Assembly (NCBI GenBank): GCA_026770705.1
Contig: JANJGN010000013.1
Coordinates: forward strand, 5,022,001-5,086,000
Length of the DNA stretch: 64,000 bases
Origin: Isurus oxyrinchus
Taxonomy: Eukaryota
Reading direction: 5' to 3'
The translations under genes and the position numbers were made by a program. The notes under the pieces are model-generated. The model ran no database searches, was not told the origin of the DNA, and worked only from the letters and a program-made list of their open reading frames with translations. Shown here piece by piece: positions 38,226 to 49,904 of this stretch. The first letter of the stretch is position 1; each line of letters begins with the position of its first letter.

Positions 38226-40053
38226 CTACCTAAAGTTGTTGAATTCAATATTCAGACCGGAAGGCTGTAAGGTGCCTAGTCGGAAGATGAGGTGTTGTTC
38301 CTCCAGTTTGCGTTGGGCTTCACTGGAACAATGCAGCAAGCCAAGGACAGACATGTGGGCAAGAGAGCAGGGTGGAGTGTTAAAATGGCAAGCGACAGGG
38401 AGGTTTGGGTCATTCTTGCGGACAGACCGCAGGTGTTCTGCAAAGCGGTCGCCCAGTTTACGTTTGGTCTCTCCAATGTAGAGGAGACCACATTGGGAGC
38501 AACGAATGCAGTAGACTAAGTTGGGGGAAATGCAAGTGAAATGCTGCTTCACTTGAAAGGAATGTTTGGGCCCTTGGATGGTGAGGAGAGAGGAAGTGAA
38601 GGGGCAGGTGTTACATCTTTTGCGTGGGCATGGGGTGGTGCCATAGGAGGGGGTTGAGGAGTAGGGGGTGATGGAGGAGTGGACCAGGGTGCCCCGGAGG
38701 GAGCGATCCCTACGGAATGCTGATAAGGGGGGTGAAGGGAAGATGTGTTTGGTGGTGGCATCATGCTGGAGTTGGCGGAAATGGCGGAGGATGATCCTTT
38801 GAATGCGGAGGCTGGTGGGGTGATAAGTGAGGACAAGGGGGACCCTATCATGTTTCTGGGAGGGAGGAGAAGGCGTGAGGGCGGATGCGCGGGAGATGGA
38901 CACAGTTGAGGGCCCTGTCAACGACCGTCGGTGGAAAACCTCGGTTAAGGAAGAAGGAGGACATGTCAGAGGAACCGTTTTTGAAGGTAGCATCATCGGA
39001 ACAGATGCGGCGAAGGAACTGGGAGAATGGGATGGAGTCCTTACAGGAAGCGGGGTGTGAGGAGCTGTAGTCGAGGTAGCTGTGGGAGTCGGTGGGTTTG
39101 AAATGGATATTGGTGGACAGTCTATCACCAGAGATTGAGACAGAGAGGTCAAGGAAGGGAAGGGAATTGTCACAGATGGACCACGTGAAAATGATGGAGG
39201 GGTGGAGATTGGAAGCAAAATTAATAAATTTTTCCAAGTCCCGACGAGAGCATGAAGCGGCACCGAAGTAATCATCGATGTACCGGAGAAAAAGTTGTGG
39301 AAGGGGGCCGGAGTAGGACTGCAACAAGGAACGTTCCACATACCCCATAAAGAGACAGGCATAGCTGGGGCCCATGCGGGTACCCATAGCCACACCTTTT
39401 ATTTGGAGAAAGTGAGAGGAGTTGAAGGAGAAATTGTTCAACGTGAGAACAAGTTCAGCCAGACGGAGGAGAGTAGTGGTGGATGGGGGTTGTTCGGGCC
39501 TCTGTTCGAGGAAGAAGCTAAGGGCCCTCAGACCATCCTGGTGGGGGATGGAGGTGTAGAGAGATTGGACGTCCATGGTGAAGAGGAAGCGGTTGGAGCC
39601 AGGGAACTGGAAATTGTTGATGTGACGTAAGGTGTCAGAGGAATCACGGTTGTAGGTGGGAAGGGACTGGACAAGGGGAGAGAGAAGGGAGTCAAGATAA
39701 CGAGAAATGAGTTCTGTGGGGCAGGAGCAAGCTGAGATGATCGGTCTACCGGGGCAGTTCTGTTTGTGGATTTTGGGTAGGAGATAGAAGCGGGCCGTCC
39801 GAGGTTGGGCGACTATCAGGTTGGAAGCTGTGGGAGGGAGATCCCCAGAGGAGATGAGGTCAGTGACAGTCCTGGAAACAATGGCTTGATGTTCAGTGGT
39901 GGGGTCATGGTCCAGGGAGAGGTAGGAGCAAGTGTCTGCGAGTTGACGCTCAGCCTCCGCGAGGTAGAGGTCAGTGCGCCAGACAACAACAGCACCACCC
40001 TTGTCAGCGGGTTTGATGACAATGTCAGGGTTGGACCTGAGAGAATGGATCGC
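38226..40053 (-). pseudogene. PLE polyprotein remnant: reverse transcriptase + Cys-rich linker + GIY-YIG endonuclease, with one frameshift near 38905
   Basis: ORF 38848-40077 has KPADKGG, YLLPKIHK, MDVQSLYTSIP, GVAMGTRMGPSYA, RYIDD and PFLD. ORF 38226-39395 continues with PCPRKRCNTC, NLVYCIRCSQCGLLYIGET and GLN. The N-terminus is missing. Confidence 0.93.
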
Positions 40054-40533
40054 TCCCTCTGGGACACCCTGGTCCACTCCTCCATCACCCCCTACTCCTC
40101 AACCCCCTCCTATGGCACCACCCCATGCCCACGCAAAAGATGTAACACCTGCCCCTTCACTTCCTCTCTCCTCACCGTCCAAGAGCCCAAACACTCCTTT
40201 CAAGTGAAGCAGCATTTCACTTGCATTTCCCCCAACTTAGTCTACTGCATTCGTTGCTCCCAATGTGGTCTCCTCTACATTGGAGAGACCAAACGTAAAC
40301 TGGGCGACCGCTTTGCAGAACACCTGCGGTCTGTCCGCAAGAATGACCCAAACCTCCCTGTCGCTTGCCATTTTAACACTCCACCCTGCTCTCTTGCCCA
40401 CATGTCTGTCCTTGGCTTGCTGCATTGTTCCAGTGAAGCCCAACGCAAACTGGAGGAACAACACCTCATCTTCCAACTAGGCACCTTACAGCCTTCCGGA
40501 CTGAATATTGAATTCAACAACTTTAGGTCGTGA
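40047..40533 (+). pseudogene. Inverted second copy of the PLE linker and GIY-YIG domain (open frame, no native start)
   Basis: The C-terminal part of ORF 39805-40533 reads DRSLWDTLVHS...LVYCIRC..CGLLYIGET...NNFRS*. Confidence 0.9.
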
Positions 40534-40913
40534 GCTCCCTCCCCCATCCCCACCCCATTTCTGTTTCCCCCTTTCTTTTTTTTCCAATAAATTATATAGA
40601 TTTTTCTTTTCCCACCTATTTCCATTATTTTTAAATATTTTAAAATCTTTTATGCTCTCCCCACCCCCATTAGAGCTATACCTTGAGTGCCCTACCATCC
40701 ATTCTTAATTAGCACATTCGTTTAGATAATATCACCAACTTTAACACCTATGTGTTCTATTGTACCATTGTCGCTGACATCTTTTGATGATCTGCTTCTA
40801 TCACTGCTTGTTTGTCCACACAACCACACCCCCCACCTCTCTCTCTATCTCTCCGCCCCCCACACACACCTTAAACCAGCTTATATTTCAACTCTTTCTT
40901 GGACTCGAACTCA

Positions 40914-40952
40914 AGTTCTGTCGAAGGGTCATGAGGACTCGAAACGTCAACT
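40914..40952 (+). ncRNA. Minimal type I hammerhead motif, variant core CUGUCGA
   Basis: Stem I is agtt/aact and the core is CTGTCGA plus an extra A. Stem II is gggtc/gactc, followed by GAAA and a loopless palindromic stem III (ACGT). The GUC triplet predicts cleavage after 40948. Confidence 0.72.
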
Positions 40953-41723
40953 CTTTTCTTCTCCGCCGATGCTGCCAGACCTGCTGAGTTTTTCCAGGTA
41001 ATTCTGTTTTTGTTTTGGATTTCCAGCATCCGCAGTTTTTTTGTTTTATAAAATGGCAAGGGTTCATCAAGCATGACCGACTGTCCAACACAGCCACTTG
41101 TGATTTAGAAACCAGCCACATGAACATGGGTCTTGCACAGTGTAAAAGTAAAGACTTAACTGAGTTGGCTTGATCAATTCTAGCTGAACTCTATCTAAAG
41201 GTGCACTTAGAGTGGTACTTATTTAATTAAGATCACAAAAAGCAGTACGTATGTCAAAAAAATGCTGCACTCATTGCAGAATCTAGCATGACAGCACAAC
41301 ATCAGTTAGTATTTCATGACATAAAACTGCCTCACAACAAGTGTTAGTTGTTTTACTGCTTATCACATTTATGTAGACGGGTTCTCATGGCTCTGAGTTG
41401 CTTTCAGGCCAGTCTGAAGTAGGAGCCCAATGTTTCTAATCAAACTATTCTTAAACACAAAAGGACAGACCCTGCCAGTATATCATGAAAGATTTAGCAT
41501 GTAAGGCAAGTACATACTTCCACACCTCACAACTGGAAATGGTTTCTGCAAGTTTGCTGTTTATCATTATGAAATGGGTGAGGGTATGGGTGTACTTTGA
41601 GTAAAAAGTACTCCTGAACTTATTCTCCTGTCATGAGCATTTCAATCTGACTTTTTCTCAAAAGCTGGCAAATGGGCCTATCCAAAAAGATTGGCTTCTT
41701 AGAGAGTTTTTAATGATTTTTAA

Positions 41724-42025
41724 TGGTGGAGGGAATCAATAACCAGGTGGCGTAGATTTAAGGTAAGGGGCAGAAGGTTTAGAGGGGATGTGAGGAAGAA
41801 TTTTTTCACCCAGAGGGTGGTGGGAATCTGGAACTCACTGTCTGAAAGGGTGGTAGAGGCAGAAACCCTCATAACATTTAAGAAGTGTTTGGATGTGCAC
41901 TTGTGATGCCATGGCATACAAGGCTATGGGCCTAGTGCTGGAAAATGGGATTAGAATAGTTAGGTACTTGTTTGACCAGTGCAGATTCGATGGGCTGAAG
42001 GGCCTTTTTCTGTGTAGACCTCTAT
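41724..42025 (+). mobile_element. CR1 3' fragment
   Basis: The segments gatgtgaggaagaattttttcacccagagggtggtgggaatctggaactc ([14 protein letters not shown]) and gatgggctgaagggcct are CR1 hallmarks. Confidence 0.85.
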
Positions 42026-42267
42026 AAAACCCTAGTAATGATCACAGATTGTTTTCACTATTGATCCTGTGCGCAGTCCCATTGCAACTTAATTTTATCA
42101 TTTTAATTTGCCATATGCAAGATGTGCATTGGAAAGCCAATTCACAAAAGAACATTTGCACACAAAGAATTCATATTTTATTAATATGCAAACATTTATA
42201 TCATACTTGACATGTTTATAGTTCCCTGGTATTTTGTAGTCTGATTAATGCTTTTGAATTAGAGCCC

Positions 42268-43145
42268 GCTGTGATCTTATCAAGTAGGCGTTTATTATGC
42301 CACAGCCGATGGATGGTAAATGCTGAGCTGCTCAAATCCCAAAGGGAAACTTGAAACAATTGCCACAACTGTTTTGCAATTTGTATAGTTTTTGAGATGC
42401 GTGCATTGAATTCAGTAGTGATAATGCCATTGAGTCTTTCAGGTTTCTTAGAAAACTAAAATTAAACTTTTATTAATACAAGAAATTATATTAAGTACAC
42501 ACCCACATCTATAAATTACTTTTACGATAACTTCTAAATCCCCTACTTAATCTAACTCCCAGTTATACTTTCATTAGGGCAACAGTAACACACATAGATT
42601 TAAGTAACACACAATATCCTGAAACAGTCGAATTCAAAATGAGTGTTCTTAACTTTAGTTCTTTGTAGACAGCAGCTTGAGGCTTAGATGCTGAAGGCTT
42701 TTCACACTTGTTAGATCTTAGAATTCCTTCCCTTGCACATAGCCTTCTCTCCTTTATCTATATTTTCCCTTTTCAATGCAAATTCCCATCGTTGCACTGT
42801 CTCTTTTGGACTTTACCTCTCTTAATAATAAAAATCTCTCATAGTACCAATTTTACCAGTAATCTTTGGGAAAAATAAACACTGTTTCTTAACTTCTCCT
42901 GGCTAAGTGAAACATTTCACCCCTCCTTTGAAATCAATCAAGTCTGGCTTATTTAAAAATACAAATGTTCCCTTTACACCTATGTTTACCTATTTAACAT
43001 TTCAAAGCTAGCTTATCTTCTGACACATCAAAGCCTCCAGACCAGCTGCCTTTAATTCAATTAAGTCTCACACATACACCCCACTATTACTCTACGTTAT
43101 AATAAATTCCGATAACATTATGAAAATTGATATATCTTCCTGACA
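42268..43145 (-). mobile_element. Possible solo LTR
   Basis: The minus strand starts TGTCA and ends near GATCACA, with AATAAA signals near 42470 and 42292. No clean TSD is visible. Confidence 0.35.
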
Positions 43146-43814
43146 AGTTCTACTGAAAACAAAAATATACTAGGAACTAACTGGCTCACCCAGAAAATCA
43201 ATAGGCGTTGCATTATAACCACTAATGAAAACAAAGCTTGAAAGGCTTACAACAAACTATTGGCTTAACTTACTTCCTTGGTCGCCTGCTTACAATATCA
43301 AAGTTAATATTTACATGTCCATACAAATTATCACTTCACTGAAGAAAAGTTTGTTTTACTACTGTAGTATTAGGTATTAGTTGCTGGCATTACCACCCAA
43401 AGGACTGTAGGTAAAAATCACAAGCAGTTTGTTAACACAATATTTATGGGTTTTAGCTCAAAAGATTTCCGGTAATGATACTCTTAGCTTTATAAAACTG
43501 CTTTGCTGTACAAGACAGTTAAACTCATTCCATGAGCAGTGATAATACTTTTGCAAGGGAAAGGGCATATTTATATACTCATAAGCTTTGTTAATCCCAG
43601 CCATATTTTGTATATACTTTCTTCCACATGGAAGTTCCTCCACAACAAACATCTTACATTTGTCTGCTGCGCTTTGTCTCATCTGCACCTTATACTGAGC
43701 AATCTCATGTCTTCTTTGATTCAGTGGCATAATGTAGTCTATTGTCAGAATTTTTTTTAAATGCTAGTACTTTGCCAAAAAATTATACTTTTAAAAAATA
43801 CCTGAATTATCACT

Positions 43815-44105
43815 GATGCACAGTCAATCCCCAGTGTGCATTGAGGTGACTGATTTCAGTTGGAATAGCAGTTGGAGAGTTACAACATGAACTTTGGGTG
43901 GGGGAGAGGAAATCAGACATTGTTCCTATTTCTAATTGGACTGTGCATGATCCATGTGGCTGTGCTCTTCCACTTAGTTAAATAGCATGCCTATGCAAGC
44001 TGCTGTTGGCTTATGCATAAAGACTGGCCACTGGGAGAAGTATCTGAGAGCTGCTGGCGCCCATGAAGCTATACTACAGCAAGTGTCAATGTTTTCCAGA
44101 AAGAA
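43815..44105 (+). mobile_element. AmnSINE2-like SINE
   Basis: The segments ggggagaggaaatcag and ggccactgggagaagtatctgagagctgctggcgcccatgaagct match the family core. Confidence 0.55.
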
Positions 44106-44604
44106 ATATTACCACCATTAAATATTTACTTTTTGATCAAGACAAATAAGGGCTTTGATTCTTCTGTCAGGGTCAAAGCTTCATTCCTGGCTGTACTACA
44201 TGTTCTTCTCATGCTGATCATGCTTCCTGAGTTGGTTTCTTCTGGCTCGACACATAGGCGCCCAGTGCTTCTAAGCTCTGGGATGCCTACCTATATACAA
44301 AACATTTTGTGTTGAGCACCATCTCTCACACTTTGGAGTGCCAAAAGGAAAGAACAATAATTTATTATAATAATTTCTTTCCTGATGATGATGACCTGAC
44401 TTTTCCCCATGACCAGCAGCTGAGAACACAAGACTGCTTCTTACAGTAAGTACCTGAGCAGTGGTCTTAAAGGAACAAGCCAGATTGAACAGCATCTTAA
44501 TTGTTGGACATCACAAATGTATAGAGATGTGAAACTTTATCCAAACAATTTGGTTGCAGAATTCACATGAAAAGAGAGCTTATCCACAGTGCATTGAACA
44601 CAGT

Positions 44605-45155
44605 ATCACAGTTACCAGCTTGTTATGGACTTCTCTGCTTCCTTTGACATAGGTCAACCATATTATACTCCTTCAATGCCATTCTCATCCAAGTTTGTGG
44701 ATTTTTACTTATCTAAGAATGGCATCCTCAATGGCTACTTTTCCTACCCCTGAACTGTCTTCTACAGAGTCCCCAAAGATTTATCTGTGGCCCCCTCCTC
44801 TTTCTCATCTATCTGCTACCCCTTGGCAACATCATCATAGACACAAAGTCAGCTTCCAGATGCATGAATTGACATTTTCCATCTTTCTACCCCTCCGTTG
44901 TCCCTGTGCTGACAGGTTACTTGTTGAACATCATCCAGCCTTTTATAAGCTGCAATTTGCTCCAGCTAAATTGGAAACCTGAAGTTATTAACTTTGGCTT
45001 GGCCACAAAGTCTACACCTTTGCCATCAACTTCATCTGACATCTCATCAACTGTCTTCGGTTCATCCAGAATGTTAGCAGCCTCTATTTGGTGATAATGA
45101 GCTTCTGACCCTATATCCTTCCCATCACAAAGACCTATTGCTTCTCTCTCTGTAG
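44605..45155 (+). mobile_element. Decayed L2 RT fragment
   Basis: It contains ggacttctctgcttcctttgacat (D.SA.FD), gtccccaaag...ggccccctcctcttt and ctccagctaaat. Confidence 0.65.
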
Positions 45156-46064
45156 CGGGTGAGATTCTAGGAAATTTGAGTCAGCAGCTTTAAACTCTCA
45201 ACAAGCTTTGTATAAAGATAAACTGTATGGTGGCCACTTGTAACTACTAGCACAAGAGCTCTCAGCTAATGCCAGGAACATTGCAATTATCAGTCCAGCC
45301 AGACAGATTTAGTGTATTTTAAAAAAATAATAGCTGCATGTATTTTCAGGTTTTGCGAGAGTAAGAATTGAAATCAATGAAGGTATAATGTACAGAGAAT
45401 CATATGGAAACACACAGAAAGGTTTGCATGAAAAAAATCAAAGATTTGCATATTGAGATTGTCAAGTTTATATACTTCTGTTTAATGACACCATCATCCT
45501 TTAGTACTGCTATTTTCCAAATTTCTGAGACCATATAGTGCTACATGGAATCTTCCACAGTGGGATGGCTCAGTGGTAACTGCAGTGACCAATGTTAACT
45601 ATACTCATGATGATGATGTCAACTCTTAGTGCCTAGCTAATTACTCAGTCGAAAACAATTGCTAAAATGTTCACAAAAAAGGGGGAAAAAACTCGTATGG
45701 ATCTAACAGCAATGACAGACATTGCATCAAGATAGTGCTTAGGCAATTTCAGCCCAGGTAACCCTGCAAGGCCCTCTGCACCGCTCTCTGCACCAATGTT
45801 TTGGGATCAGTAACCAAACTGAGAGAACTGTTCCACAGACTGGAGGGAAACAGGAAAGGATTGATCATTAATGCCAGCAGACACCTGCTCATCAATACGT
45901 ATTTCAGGTTCATAAGAACAGTAGGCCTTTTAGCCCCTCTAGTCTGCTCTGCCATTCAATTAGATTATGGCTTATGGTCAGAACCATGCAGCTCCAAGAC
46001 TTCATTGCCATTTCCAGACATGGCCACAAGAGCTCAAATCCAGCAGAGAAATTAGGGCTGCCCT

Positions 46065-47078
46065 CGATATCAGGGCAACCTTCTACTGAGTATGGTGACA
46101 ACTATGAAGTCAATGAGGGTCAAAGAGAAAACTTTTCAGTGGCTAAAGTCATAAAAAGAAAGATGATTGTGGCTGTTGAAGTCCTAGGACATCACAGAAG
46201 AAATCCCTCGGGGAAGTATAACCAGCCTAACCATTTTCAGATAACTGTCATAAGGTCAGGTGTGGGAATGCTTGCTTGAACGTTCATCTCCATGGACAAT
46301 TCCTCTGATAACAAAGCAATCCACGTCATGCGACATGAACAACACCAAGACTTCCGTTGACAGGTGGCAACTACATCTATGTTGGCAGGTAATCACCATC
46401 CGCGACTAGAGATAATCTAGCTAACTCTTCCTGACCTTCAATGGTATCACCATCACACAATCCCTCAGCATCAACAACTAATGGGTCATCACTGACTATG
46501 CATTTAACTGGATAAGCCATATTAACAGCATGACAACTACAAGTGGTTCACCTCCTGACCCCCTCAAAACTCTCCATAAAGCTCAGGTGAAAAATGTGAT
46601 GGAATACTCACTTGTCCGGAGGGGTGCAGCTGCAAAACTCAAGAAGGTTGACACCATCCATTTCAGAACCTGATCAGCACTGCTGCCAACGAACTCGATA
46701 TCAATGCCCCCACACCCATTGCCTATCACTAGCGTACTGTGGTTATAGTACAGTACATATGGTTTACAAGATAGACTGCTACAACTCACCAATGTTATTT
46801 CAACGGCACCTCCAAACCACTGTGACCTCTTCCACAGAGCAGGACAAAAGCAACAACGTCATGGGAACACCATCACCCCCAAAATTCAAATCACACACTA
46901 TCCTGGCTTAAATGTATACCGTCATTTCTTCATAGCTTCTGCAGTAATATCCTGGAATTCTCTCCCAGAATTACCCAGATACAGCAGTTCAAGGAGGAGA
47001 CCCACCACCACCTTCGCACAACTACGGATCAGCAATAAATGCAGCCTTGTCAGTGTGCCCACGGTGTGAGTTAAAAAA
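46065..47078 (+). mobile_element. Old family-B LINE fragment
   Basis: The segments gatgattgtggctgttg, gtgatggaatactcac and gcagttcaaggaggagacccaccaccac...caataaatgc are homologous to 21150-22950. Confidence 0.7.
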
Positions 47079-47194
47079 CTGAACCGTATAGGTCAAGAAG
47101 GTTACAATGCTGCTCCGTTGTTAGGTAATCTCAGTTAGGAGAACAGAGGCTTGCTCTAACTGGCCTCTGCAAGGGCTACATGAGGTCACATATT

Positions 47195-47407
47195 CTTGCA
47201 CTCTGGAATACTCTCCTAAAATTACCTCTGTCTTACCTCCTTCCTGCCTGCTCCTGTAAGCCTTTTTAAACTTAGCTCTTCATAAGCTCTTTCAACCCCA
47301 TCTCCTGATTCCGTTCCACTTGTTCTTTCCTCCCAATGAATACCCATTCTCCTCTCTCTAAAACACTCAGTTTGTCAACATAGAGAAGGCTAAATAAATG
47401 CAAGTTG
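47195..47407 (+). mobile_element. L2 3' tail remnant
   Basis: It runs from ctctggaatactctcc to aaggctaaataaatgcaagttg, an L2-type end. Confidence 0.4.
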
Positions 47408-47409
47408 AT

Positions 47410-47743
47410 GGGGAAGCGATGGCATAGTGGTATTGTCACTGGACTCATATTCCAAAGAGCTAGGGTAATGTTCTGGGGACTGGGGCTTGAATCCCACCAC
47501 AGCAGATAGTGAAATTTGAATTCAATAAAAATCTGGAATTAAAAATCTGATGATCACCACAAAACCATTGCCAATTGTCATAAAAACCTATCTGGTTCAT
47601 TAAAGTCCTTGAGGGAAAGAAATCTGCCATCTTTACCTGGTCTACATGTGACTCCAGACCCACAGCAATGTGTTTGATTCTTAAATGTTAGAGGAATGCT
47701 AGCCTAGCCAGCGACACCCAAACCCCATGAACGAATAAAAAAA
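47410..47743 (+). mobile_element. tRNA-derived SINE whose 3' tail matches LINE family B
   Basis: The A box is tggcatagtgg and the B-box-like motif is gcttgaatccc. Positions 47695-47741 match the reverse complement of 36934-36980 at 40/47 nt. Confidence 0.8.
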
Positions 47744-47754
47744 CATTTGGCAAA

Positions 47755-47960
47755 GAAAGGGAAACATCAGCCAGGGATCCTGCTGTTGCTCACTAACCAG
47801 TGCAAAGTGTGAATACCGTGAGGAATGAGGCTGTGATAAAGTAACTCACTGGCATTTGTTGTCTAGATTCAACTATGAAAGATTAGCCACTTTGTTGAAG
47901 TAACTGAGGATCCACCTGAACTGTTCCTCAACATGATTTAGTGCATTTGATGGTGAAGGA
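47755..47960 (+). mobile_element. AmnSINE2-like SINE fragment
   Basis: It contains atcagccagggatcctgctg, ggctgtgat and tagccactttgttgaagtaactgagg. Confidence 0.5.
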
Positions 47961-49904
47961 CAGCCATTAAAATAAACATTGTTCAGATTCTAATTTTTCC
48001 ATCTCACTCTTTTGGGTTCTTTTTACCCCAGCAACTGGAACAAGCAACTGAAACTTCAACCCATCCGTGATGTTTATCTTGGTGCTCCTTGGCTAGGTGA
48101 AGCAGAAACACAGCCAGGATATTTGGTCATGAATCCACCAATTTAGTTAAAAAACAAGGGTATCTGTCCACTTTGTACACCATGGGAAAAACAGTTGCGG
48201 AGAATGCCAAACTAACTATGAAGGTGGATTTTATTTAATTGGATATACAACAGACATTTTCTCAAATAAGCTCCAATTGGTCTGATGTCAGAGACAGGGA
48301 ACAGGCAAGCTTGGGCCAATTTGTTGATGAGGAGTTTGCTTTTATTTACCAAAAAACAGATATTGCACTTGTGTGAGATCACATTTGAATCCAATGCCAT
48401 TACTGTGACATCAAATGAGGTCTTTGTTCTATGGCTTTACATGATCTAGCTGGTTTGGTCCACAAAGGTGAGAAAGCAAATTAAAGACAGGACTGAATGA
48501 AATTAACTTGTCTGACTATATTGTGAAGGGTGCAACACAAGTAAAACATTGAATATGCCAAAAATTTTATATTAAAAATGAGATCCATATAGCATAATTT
48601 TCACTCAGCTCAAATGTTTCGCTAAGTTTTTTTTGGTAATGATTATACTGAAATCCCACATCACAGAAAACCTTCAGCCTAACATCTGAAATCTGCCGAA
48701 CCCACAATTAATTGAGAACATCATCAAAAAGGGGCATGTGATGTTGATTAGTGTATAGTACACATCAAGTTTGATGCACATATAGCGCAAGTCTCATGAT
48801 ACACAATCCACTATGGCAGCCACTACATTGCAATTTTCAAAACCAGATCAGTTTCAATCAGGCCAAAGCAATCAAAATCAGCTGTACTCAATTATGCATT
48901 TGGTTTTTTCATACCCGAGACATGTTAATTGATTACATTCTTTTTCCTTTAAGCTATTGCATTCTAGACAATTATTTGAGCAAGCAAGAAAATATGAAAG
49001 AAGTTATTTATAATTACACTTAAATATTGCAGATGAAACCACATGCTGACACAGAAGTGGCTGATGTGGAAGAATTACAAAAGTCTACTTCATCCATTTT
49101 GGGAAAGAAAACTTACATTTCATCCCTTTATCGTTCAAGGATTAAGCTTTTTAAAATTGTCATTGGATGACCAGATCACATGGACATTACAAACAGAACA
49201 ACCTTCAGGATATGAACTTCAAGTTCTTTTGATATGGAGGGCTAATTATTTACAACACTGGCTCATTTATGTAAGTGAGGAATTATATACAAAGGTTTTA
49301 GTGTAAGGTTTCTTAAGGTTTGTCAAACAGCCTCTGGTAGATGTCTTGTGATCATCATTTTCCATTTTTCTCCCCATTCATGAAGACTAATGGACTTACA
49401 TGAACCCAGAGTCACCAGCATCAGCAAAGCAAGTCAGATGCTTCTCTTTTACAGTTAACTAATGATGAACTGGACGCAGCCGGTTAGGACTCTGACCATC
49501 AGAGTGTGGGATCATCGGTATTTTGAAATATGATTCCACTCATTTATCAAGCAAGGTACGCACTCACCATATATTGGTCTATCATTCATGCTCTAGCAAA
49601 GGATTTTTCTTTACCAGAATTCTCCTCTATCCATTAAGTCCTTATTGCTGCCATGGTTTCCCTTTTAGCCAGAAGGACCAATGGGCCGAACTCCAGACTT
49701 CCTACTCCAAATTACACTATGTTGTGTCCAAACTGGAATTTAAACAGGACTGATAATGAGGCTGATTAAAAATCAAGAGAAAATATCATTCTATGGGATA
49801 GGATTGGGCCTGCTTGATTTCATCCACACTTGTTTACATGCTCTATCCTAAGTAAATGGCCTAGCCAAACACATGCTCATGAAGCGGGGTTGAGTATAAA
49901 TGAT

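Larger units (their letters stand above)
37731..41047. mobile_element. Neptune-type Penelope-like retroelement with tail-out inverted structure
   Basis: The minus segment (37731-40053) holds RT, a Cys-rich linker, GIY-YIG and the UTR. It is fused to a plus segment (40047-41047) holding the linker, GIY-YIG, UTR and a 31-bp extra tail. The inverted arms are about 970 bp. No TSD is visible. Confidence 0.95.

Noticed and set aside
39805-40533. 242-aa plus-strand ORF as a novel standalone GIY-YIG nuclease gene
   Set aside because: The N-terminal part is the antisense of the RT, read across the inversion junction. It is a by-product of the rearrangement.
37731-41016. Claim that the left arm and the 21967 copy form a subfamily distinct from the right arm
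   Set aside because: With only three sequences, these shared sites are equally explained as private mutations in the right arm. The 21967 copy has a similar number of private changes.
40998-41026. GT...AG mini-intron in the PLE tail (gtaatt...tttccag)
   Set aside because: It is only about 29 nt, too short for a vertebrate spliceosomal intron, and no spliced copy is seen.
49562-49705. Possible minus-strand exon with a GTGAGT donor
   Set aside because: All three frames contain stop codons.
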